From IMG/VR virus record IMGVR_UViG_3300032516_000011, positions 39,724 to 103,723 of that record: DNA of 64,000 bases; one strand, written 5' to 3'. The notes below the pieces were generated by a model. That model did no database searches, was not told the origin of the DNA, and saw nothing but the letters and a program-made list of their open reading frames with translations. This DNA is from a virus. Position numbers and translations under genes: made by a program. Numbering within the stretch: position 1 is the stretch's first letter; each line of letters starts with the position of its first letter. Shown piece after piece: positions 22,058 through 29,447 of this stretch.

Positions 22058-22945
22058 CTATTCGTTCCAGCCCAGTGTTTTCAACTGGAGCTTATATTGT
22101 TTTTTATTGAAAGATATCTTGCCAACGCAATTATTGCAATATTCCTTGCCGGCTATTGTACCACATCTTTCTTTTGTTTTTTTCCAATCATCATGTAACA
22201 TATTGGGGCGTAAATCTCCGTGACCATAACTAAATAGGCCGGTAGATTTCGCTTCATCCCAAGTTATATCCTGTCGGTTCTTTTCAAACACGGCTTTACT
22301 TGTATAATGCAGGGGCGTCAGTAAAATGCCCGCTGATCCCATTTCTTTGAATACTTGTTTATGGAAATCAGTCATTGGCAATGTTATATCGGCCACTATA
22401 CGTACCTGTGTAGGACAGCTTATTTTTTTATATTGAATAGCTTGCTGTAGTCGCCATTCATTGGTCGCGCCTTGCAAAACTGGACCTTTTTCTAACGCAT
22501 CCGCTCCTAAGCTTATGTGTACAATACCTTGTGATTGTATTACGAGATTTGCTACCCTAGGATCGTATTCTAATATCTTAGATGTTACAACCGGCCTCAT
22601 TTTGTATTTGACACAATACTCTAAAACTTGATATAATTGTGAGCGTGTGTTTCTATGACCACATTCAACATTCTTACCCAATCTTAAAATATGTGCTGGG
22701 TACTTTAGGGCTATTTTTTTGAATTCTGATTCTTTTACTTCCTTGACTTTATAAGCATCTGGATCTTTTTTATAGAGGTACGCAGCATAACAGTATGCAC
22801 ATGCTTTATCTCTATCTGCTTTTCCGGCTGCGTCTAAAGTGACAGAACAAACATTCGATTCAATATCTAAATTGAAATCTAAAATACATAGCTCATAATG
22901 TTGCCCTTTTCCGGGCACTATTTTTGCTACGGGATTATTTGACAC
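22058..22945 (-). CDS. radical-SAM-like (SPL-like) Fe-S protein
   Basis: C-x15-CAYCYA motif, VVTSK strand, C-terminal Cys cluster. Confidence 0.5.
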   Translation of the reverse strand: MSNNPVAKIVPGKGQHYELCILDFNLDIESNVCSVTLDAAGKADRDKACAYCYAAYLYKKDPDAYKVKEVKESEFKKIALKYPAHILRLGKNVECGHRNTRSQLYQVLEYCVKYKMRPVVTSKILEYDPRVANLVIQSQGIVHISLGADALEKGPVLQGATNEWRLQQAIQYKKISCPTQVRIVADITLPMTDFHKQVFKEMGSAGILLTPLHYTSKAVFEKNRQDITWDEAKSTGLFSYGHGDLRPNMLHDDWKKTKERCGTIAGKEYCNNCVGKISFNKKQYKLQLKTLGWNE

Positions 22946-23144
22946 TTCCTCGACTCACCCCTGCTATATACTCATCGCGTTCGATAAGTCTTGCATAGAG
23001 TAAGCGACCAAAGGGTATTTTCCTTACAACGTTGAGTAATCCACCGATTGCTTCTTTATCGGAAGCTTTTACCCAAATTGTTTTCTCGAATTGTTTTTTC
23101 TTTTTAAGCGATCCGCATGTAACTCTCGCTCGATAATACTTCAT
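22935..23144 (-). CDS. small basic protein
   Basis: 69 aa, overlaps the next gene. Confidence 0.5.
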   Translation of the reverse strand: MKYYRARVTCGSLKKKKQFEKTIWVKASDKEAIGGLLNVVRKIPFGRLLYARLIERDEYIAGVSRGSVK

Positions 23145-23320
23145 TCTTTAGTGGTATTCCTCAGTACTTAACCTTACACCTTATATATCCTTGCTTATGC
23201 TTTTTTCAGGTATTTCTCGATCCTATCATAAAGAAGGGTCGCTATTACAATTGAAAGAGTTGCAAACGCAAATACAAACTCTTTTCTCTGAATATGCATA
23301 GCCGGTGTGCTGGTCTTTGA

Positions 23321-23713
23321 TTACGAAGTATGACAGTACAGTATGTAGAACCTGTTAGCCTCGTCGATCAGTATATTTATAGCTTCGTCTATATCTCGTA
23401 AATCTACGAGTAACCGGGATATCACAACGTTCTCTTTTTGTTTTAATCTGTAATTGAACCCCGGTATTTTTGTCATTGATAGGTGAATGTTGAGCGGCTT
23501 GCTCAACTCTTGTTGCAGTTCCCTTGTAAAAGCATGCCCTTTGTCTAATAATTGGTAAGACCAACTGATTCTCATGGGATGTACTAAACGATCACCAGTA
23601 AATGACCATTTCTTTACATGTGCCAAGGGCATTAGAGCGGAGGCATAGAATCCAATCAAAGGTATATCGAATTCTAATCTTGATAATTTTTGTTGCTGAA
23701 ACAACTCGTCCAT
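23321..23713 (-). CDS. RT-coupled partner protein of unknown function (130 aa)
   Basis: ATG at 23713 overlaps the RT stop (TAATG); the ORF-track start at 23785 lies inside the RT. Confidence 0.65.
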   Translation of the reverse strand: MDELFQQQKLSRLEFDIPLIGFYASALMPLAHVKKWSFTGDRLVHPMRISWSYQLLDKGHAFTRELQQELSKPLNIHLSMTKIPGFNYRLKQKENVVISRLLVDLRDIDEAINILIDEANRFYILYCHTS

Positions 23714-24597
23714 TACACTACATCTATGTTCAAAAGTTGTTGGAGTAATTGGTTGCCCCGAGACGGGTTGAGAGATCGGATCCATTCTATTTGGCCCCTT
23801 AATTGCTGAAAATTTGTGGTGGTTATTGTGATGCCACTGTGTTTCAAATTATGAAGCTGGGCACGTAGATTTCTCCAAACTTCTTTTCTTATACTTGTTT
23901 TTTTATTGACCACAACGCCGGTTATTTGTTGCCTTTGATAATATCTTCTTATTTTTGTCTTTTTTTTATTCGGACGCAATCCATACGCAAAAATGTGTGA
24001 ATATACGGTTGCCTTTAATTTTAATATGTTTGGAGTATCGCCTGAAATTGCAATATCGTCTGCATAGCGCGTAATGGATACGTTGTGCACTGTTGCTAGA
24101 TCTGATAATTTTTTATCCAGTCCTAAGCATACTAAATTTGATATAATTGGAGAGGTAGGCGCACCTTGTGGCAGGGAGCTATCATAGCACATTAAGTTTG
24201 TAATTATGTTAACATCTTCTTCTGTGTATGCAAAAAGTTTTTGTTGCTGGAATAACCAATTAAGAGTACCGTTAACACTAAAATCCATTATAGAGTTAAA
24301 AAAATCTTTTATGTCCAATGTTACGATAAACTTTTTTCCTACGTGCTTTTCAGCGTTTGTTCTTGGGCTCTTGCCGTGTACAAATCCATGCGCGATTGGA
24401 TGCGCTTTAAAGTGGTATAGTATATTATCTACTATTGCACGCTGTATCGATTTTAGTGGTTCTTGTGGAGCATCGATTCTGCGAGTCTTTCCATTCCTTT
24501 TTTTTATTCTGTAGGTGATATAATACCTGGGGATATCTTGTGTAATGATTTCTAAGGTATTCTTATCATATCCTAAAACTGTGTATATATCTTGCAT
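23713..24597 (-). CDS. retron-type reverse transcriptase
   Basis: NAEKH (NAxxH region X), LDIKDFF, LPQGAPTSP, YADD and ITG (VTG region Y); 294 aa with no accessory domain. Confidence 0.92.
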   Translation of the reverse strand: MQDIYTVLGYDKNTLEIITQDIPRYYITYRIKKRNGKTRRIDAPQEPLKSIQRAIVDNILYHFKAHPIAHGFVHGKSPRTNAEKHVGKKFIVTLDIKDFFNSIMDFSVNGTLNWLFQQQKLFAYTEEDVNIITNLMCYDSSLPQGAPTSPIISNLVCLGLDKKLSDLATVHNVSITRYADDIAISGDTPNILKLKATVYSHIFAYGLRPNKKKTKIRRYYQRQQITGVVVNKKTSIRKEVWRNLRAQLHNLKHSGITITTTNFQQLRGQIEWIRSLNPSRGNQLLQQLLNIDVV

Positions 24598-24606
24598 AAT
24601 AAAATA

Positions 24607-24949
24607 ATAGACCTGTTTCCTATGCTATTGTTGGATTTTTCGTTAAGGCGTTCCTTAATGAAAAATTAGTTATGGAACGGTGTGAGTCCTACTTTATAAA
24701 ATTGTTCGTAAATTATTTAGCTGGAGATTAATTAGAAAGTTGAACCCTAATTAACTCGAGGTAAATTATTTTAGGGAAATATTATAAAACAGGTGAAGCA
24801 GTGCGGAATTCCATAACGGCAACTATGTTCTACTGACGTAATTCACATTTGCCACCAGAACGATACGCTCTGGATATCGCGTTAACACAGTACCCCACGA
24901 ATTTAATCATGGGGCATTATGTTTGGCGAACCATAGAAAACAGGCCTAT
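24607..24949 (-). ncRNA. retron msr-msd ncRNA unit A
   Basis: 18-bp a1/a2 stem (24932-24949 with 24607-24624, two G.U pairs), unpaired G at 24931, two msr hairpins, long msd stem closed by GTTATGGAA/TTCCATAAC. Confidence 0.85.
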
Positions 24950-24953
24950 ATAA

Positions 24954-25283
24954 TCAAATAAGTTTACGAAGTGTACGCGCAGTTTCTATCGCTTCGAGTA
25001 GTAACAGCTCGGCGTTATCTTCATCGATCAAAGCTTCTTGATCTATGATAGATGTACAAATTCTATACATCTCTTTTCGTTTGTCTTCCATAGAAATGGA
25101 AGGCTTAAATTTTGCACCTAATTCTTTTTCCGTGAGTACCTGAAAAGTATTGTCCGGAAAGGTAACCAGGAAATCGCCCGCAACAACGATTTTTTCAAGT
25201 GGCTGAGGAATCTTTATGCGTAAGAGGATTTCGCTGGTTATTTTCTGGACGACGACTTCTGGATTAATGTAACGATACTTCAT
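24954..25283 (-). CDS. hypothetical protein between the two retron ncRNAs
   Basis: 109 aa with GGAG RBS; GDFLV..PD motif. Confidence 0.65.
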   Translation of the reverse strand: MKYRYINPEVVVQKITSEILLRIKIPQPLEKIVVAGDFLVTFPDNTFQVLTEKELGAKFKPSISMEDKRKEMYRICTSIIDQEALIDEDNAELLLLEAIETARTLRKLI

Positions 25284-25765
25284 AATGCTCCTATACTATC
25301 CGGATGTCCGGTTTTCGAGTCATATATATTATTAACTTACATAACTTACTTACACCACTTATGTGGTATTGCCTGCTGCAGTTGTTTCCGGGAACCGGTT
25401 CCTTATTAGATGATGCCCGGTATGTTTTGCGACACGTGTTTGTTGGTGTGAGTCCTAACGTTGTGAATTTCGATCGATAAGTGAATGAGACTTATATTAG
25501 ATGTGTGCCCCACGTTACGTGACAGGTTATGCATTAGCGTGTTCGGATCTTGATATCCATTTTGCATGCATCGCTCGCGTTTAAAGGCCGGTCCTTGTAA
25601 TGCTAAGCGCTGGTAAAAGAATAAAGACGCCGTGTAATAACTAGTGGTCTTATTTCATCTTTATAATAGAGCACTGCGCCCCAGTCCAAAATTTATCGAC
25701 TTCCATCACTTTGTACGTACTACGAAACATAGTACACAGTAATTGTAAAGCTATAGAAACACTAT
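25282..25765 (-). ncRNA. second retron-like msr-msd ncRNA unit B (paralog of A)
   Basis: 14-bp closing stem (25752-25765 with 25282-25295), G at 25751, triloop hairpin and AAAnnUGAAnUAnG motif matching unit A, shared GGTGTGAGTCCTA. Confidence 0.7.
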
Positions 25766-27318
25766 TAAATATCGAGAAATAATTCCAGAGCTATCTCGTC
25801 ATTTTTATCTGATTCTCGAATATTGGAGAGTTTATCTACCCTATCCGAAAATTTTCTTACGGTGGCTATTGAGTTTTCATATGAGTCGATGAGTACCGAG
25901 TAAATGTTTACCTTGTTCTCACTTTTCCATTTTTTATACTCCTTAAGCCAGGGTTCACGTACAGCTGATTCACCATCTGTAACAAAAACAATATCCGCTT
26001 TTTCATACAGTTTTTCAGTACCGATTTTTTCCCGGGCTTTATCTAGCGGAGGTTCAAACTCTGTTCCACCACCTTCAAAATATTCGGCCATATCCAATAG
26101 TTGCTCCACATTGAATGGGTCGGCTTTAGAAAATTCATTGGTATGAAGATTTTGTTGTCTCCAGCCTGAAGAAAAATGAACGCAAAAGAAATCTCGTTTC
26201 TGTTCACGGGCTATCTCAAGAAGAACCAAGGCTACAGCTTTCGACCATATTTCTGGCAGTCCATCCATAGATCCAGAACTGTCAATACAGATTATAACTG
26301 GCCCTTTACCCTTCTTTTGTTTGCCCTGAATTTCATACTGTAACGTTTTACCTTCGAGTAAATCTAATAAGAATTGTTTACGTGTGGCTGGAAGTAATAA
26401 ACGCATAATTTCTGAAGGAATGAGCTGACTAATATCATTTCCTTGCTTTAGACTATATACGCTATCAAGACCATGCTTAACCTTTTCTTTTCGATGCGTT
26501 TGTGCAAGTCTACGATATCGACCTGCTAACTTTGCTATTTGTTTTAACTTTGAACTGTTACGCAAACGATTTAATAATTCCATTTTCTCATGGGGCGATT
26601 TTTTCTGGAATGAATCGCTTCGCTCCAATCCCCAATTTGAAATCATTTCGCTTGTTTCTTTAATTGAATCTTTGACTTTGGCCGCCATACGTTCGATGGC
26701 CTTTTCAAAGTCTTTACGTTCAGTTAACTCTTCAAAGTTATCCATAGCCTCTTCATAACGACGCTCGGCTTCTTCCAGATCAATCTCTTCGTTTTGTTCG
26801 CCTCGAGGCCCACCAAATCCATCTTGACTGTCCCCCTGGGCTTTATCTTGCTGTTGCTGTGCTTGATCTAAAGTGCCTCCTGCCTTAATTAGTTCCTGAA
26901 GAGCTTCTCGCTCTTTCTTCAATTCCTTTACAAGCCGCATAGCTTCGTCGGAAAGAAGTTCGGTTCCAATTGTGGAGTTTACCACATCAAGTTGAGTCAT
27001 CGCACGAAGCTCTTTGTACCGCTGAGATTCAACGAGTTGCTCCATAATCTTTCGATTAAGAAGAAAATCTCGTTTCATTGCCGCCGGTTCATTGAGTTCT
27101 GGTTCATATTTAAATAGAGCATCATACAAATCTTGCTGAAGTTGGGGAAATTGCTCATATTCTTTAGTTCCCTTTTCTTCGGTTTGTAAGAGTTTTGCGC
27201 TATGCTCTTTTAACTCCTGAAAATAACGAATGTCAAAGTTATCATTTTGTATGGAATATGGAGTGTATGCAACTTTGTCGTCTAAGAAGCCACCTTCTTG
27301 TGGAGTTAAGTCTCGCAT
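25765..27318 (-). CDS. vWA-domain protein (ViaA/CoxE-like)
   Basis: IDSSGSM MIDAS motif, GGGTEF, FVTDGE. Confidence 0.9.
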   Translation of the reverse strand: MRDLTPQEGGFLDDKVAYTPYSIQNDNFDIRYFQELKEHSAKLLQTEEKGTKEYEQFPQLQQDLYDALFKYEPELNEPAAMKRDFLLNRKIMEQLVESQRYKELRAMTQLDVVNSTIGTELLSDEAMRLVKELKKEREALQELIKAGGTLDQAQQQQDKAQGDSQDGFGGPRGEQNEEIDLEEAERRYEEAMDNFEELTERKDFEKAIERMAAKVKDSIKETSEMISNWGLERSDSFQKKSPHEKMELLNRLRNSSKLKQIAKLAGRYRRLAQTHRKEKVKHGLDSVYSLKQGNDISQLIPSEIMRLLLPATRKQFLLDLLEGKTLQYEIQGKQKKGKGPVIICIDSSGSMDGLPEIWSKAVALVLLEIAREQKRDFFCVHFSSGWRQQNLHTNEFSKADPFNVEQLLDMAEYFEGGGTEFEPPLDKAREKIGTEKLYEKADIVFVTDGESAVREPWLKEYKKWKSENKVNIYSVLIDSYENSIATVRKFSDRVDKLSNIRESDKNDEIALELFLDI

Positions 27319-27320
27319 GA

Positions 27321-28478
27321 TTACACCTTAGCCTGCATTTTTGCAAGATCAACACCTAAAAGATCTCTTGCCATATTCATGTTCATATTCTCTAATTCTG
27401 TCTCCATTTTTTCCACCTCTACAATGTCTTGCTTTTTTCCAGCCATTGTACGCTTAAGTTGGGCAATTTGCATACGAGCATCACGAATTTTTTGTGCCGC
27501 TTCGATAACTGCAGTTTGTCGTTTTGCAGCATCTTTATGTTTATATACCAACTTCACTACATCCTGAACATCGTTGTATAAGGTGTGGATTTTATTTTTT
27601 TCTGGAGAAATCATTTCAAGAATAAGCGAATGTACACTCTTTTCTTGTTCCGGCTTATTCCAGGCAATATGACGATACATTTCAAGTTCGTCAATCTGAA
27701 CAGCGTCTCTTCCATTTAGCCATGCTTCAGCTTGAAGTACCCGTATAGATGTTTTAAAGGTTCTGTCGGATACGGCAGTAATGTCTTTTCTAATTGCCTC
27801 GCGAACTTTTACTATGTGCGCGTATAGATTTTCATCTATTTGAATTTTTTCTATCTCTTCTTGCGCGGCACGAATATCCACCAAACTCACAGTTGCCTTT
27901 GGGGTTTGTTTTGCAAGCTGTAACATTTTAACGAAGCTGGAAGGTTCATGTATAGACTGCAAGTGATACTTTAAAATAAAGCGATCAAAGAAGGCATCCA
28001 GCCCATCATCGGTCTCAGGAATTTCGTTTGATGCGCCGGCAATTGTAACCAGGTCCAAAGGAACGGCTACACCGTCATTAAAGAATACTCGTTCGTTCAA
28101 TACAGTCAATAGCGCATTGAGAATAGAACTATTTGCCTTGAAAATTTCATCCAAGAATGCTGTATTAGCTTCTGGTAATTTGTTTTTTGTAACCCGATAG
28201 TATCGTTCTTCTTCCAATCCTTTTAATGAGATAGGACCAAACAATTCTTCTGGTGTTGAGAATTTCGTTAGCAACCAACCAAAAAATTTGGAGCCCGTAA
28301 TTCTTCGATTCCACTCATTAATGAGTAAAGACTTGGCAATACCTGCAGGACCAAGTAATAGTAAATTTGTTGACGATAATGTAGCCAACATAACCCCACG
28401 AATAGCTGCGGACCTTTCAACCAAAATCTGGTTCATTTCATGCTCTACAGCTAAAAATTTCTCTCTGGTACTGATCAT
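27321..28478 (-). CDS. MoxR-family AAA+ ATPase (RavA-like)
   Basis: GPAGIAKS, PEELFGP, FLDEIFKANSSILNALL, ASNE, FFDRF. Confidence 0.9.
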   Translation of the reverse strand: MISTREKFLAVEHEMNQILVERSAAIRGVMLATLSSTNLLLLGPAGIAKSLLINEWNRRITGSKFFGWLLTKFSTPEELFGPISLKGLEEERYYRVTKNKLPEANTAFLDEIFKANSSILNALLTVLNERVFFNDGVAVPLDLVTIAGASNEIPETDDGLDAFFDRFILKYHLQSIHEPSSFVKMLQLAKQTPKATVSLVDIRAAQEEIEKIQIDENLYAHIVKVREAIRKDITAVSDRTFKTSIRVLQAEAWLNGRDAVQIDELEMYRHIAWNKPEQEKSVHSLILEMISPEKNKIHTLYNDVQDVVKLVYKHKDAAKRQTAVIEAAQKIRDARMQIAQLKRTMAGKKQDIVEVEKMETELENMNMNMARDLLGVDLAKMQAKV

Positions 28479-29164
28479 CGACGCCCTCCTAAAAACATTT
28501 CTGGTGACATACTTTGTAATTCAATTAGTGTTCCGGCAAACTGTGGACCATATTTCAATAGCTTTCCAAAGATTTCTAATATCCCCCCCAAAATGCGTTG
28601 GATTTCTCTTTGTTCCGCCAAATCAATTGGTACGGGACTCACGAGCTTTATATACATATCTTCGGTCGCTCCATGTACAACAATTTCGTAAGGCTGGTTT
28701 TTTGGTACGGGATCCATGCCGAATTTTACGGCAAACTCTGTTCTTTGAGTTTCGTCAAATTTTATAGGGGCTGCTCCACCCAAAGTTAATAAAGGCTTGG
28801 TTGGTGAAATTGCCTGCCCTACTTGTGGTGACGTAGAATTTGTAAATGGTGCCACACCTGTCGGAGATGGAGAAGTTGCAGAGGCTTCCGCAATAGCATC
28901 AGCCACGTTCGGCATCGCTGCACGAAAAAACTTTTGTTTGGTATATATAATACCTTCTTCTTTCGTGATATTTGGGCGCCCATATTCAACAGGTTCTGGA
29001 ATGGCCTGTTCCATATTCATGCTAACTAGGCTTTCCGCTAAACAAAACCAGCAGCGTCGTTGACTTGGATCAGCATTTTTCGCAAGCTCCTCATTTGTCA
29101 TTTGTTCGCGTTTACATATAGGACAAATGGGAAGTTTGGTCAATTGGTCTGGAATTAATGACAT
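28475..29164 (-). CDS. hypothetical protein with N-terminal Zn finger
   Basis: CPIC...CWFC; first gene of the operon, AAGGA RBS. Confidence 0.6.
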   Translation of the reverse strand: MSLIPDQLTKLPICPICKREQMTNEELAKNADPSQRRCWFCLAESLVSMNMEQAIPEPVEYGRPNITKEEGIIYTKQKFFRAAMPNVADAIAEASATSPSPTGVAPFTNSTSPQVGQAISPTKPLLTLGGAAPIKFDETQRTEFAVKFGMDPVPKNQPYEIVVHGATEDMYIKLVSPVPIDLAEQREIQRILGGILEIFGKLLKYGPQFAGTLIELQSMSPEMFLGGRR

Positions 29165-29187
29165 TGTGTATCCTTAAATTGTTATAA

Positions 29188-29215
29188 TAAAAAAAGCCCC
29201 AGCCATATGCTGGGC
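29188..29215 (-). terminator. intrinsic terminator in the operon leader
   Basis: GCCCAGC-ATATG-GCTGGGGC followed by a T-tract on the minus strand. Confidence 0.6.
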
Positions 29216-29376
29216 GATCTGACAGCGGAGGTAATAAAACCCCTATTTTGATATCCTACTTACCAGTAGGTTTTCGTTGCGTCACAAGGGATACATTCCC
29301 GGAACGCCATGCATTTTGATACATTTAGTATACCATTAGTTTATGGTTTAGTGAGATATAAACAGTTACCATAGAA

Positions 29377-29386
29377 TCTTATACCA
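29377..29386 (-). promoter_or_regulatory. recurrent TGGTATAAGA promoter-like motif
   Basis: exact copies also at 56326, 56990 and 62524, all upstream of minus-strand genes. Confidence 0.55.
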
Positions 29387-29395
29387 CAAAAGTTA

Positions 29396-29424
29396 TTGAC
29401 TTTTACCTGGTTTTTTAGTATTAT
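29396..29424 (+). promoter_or_regulatory. sigma70-type promoter for the RNAP gene
   Basis: TTGACT-17 nt-TATTAT. Confidence 0.6.
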
Positions 29425-29447
29425 ATATAAAAAGGCATAAACAATCT

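Noticed and set aside
23714-23785. Longer 154-aa version of the RT partner ORF
   Set aside because: Its start lies inside the RT coding region; the TAATG-coupled ATG at 23713 is more plausible.
23713-25765. Diversity-generating retroelement or group II intron
   Set aside because: The RT has retron signatures (NAxxH, ITG) and no maturase domain; by eye I found no TR/VR pair differing at adenines, including in the tail fibre.
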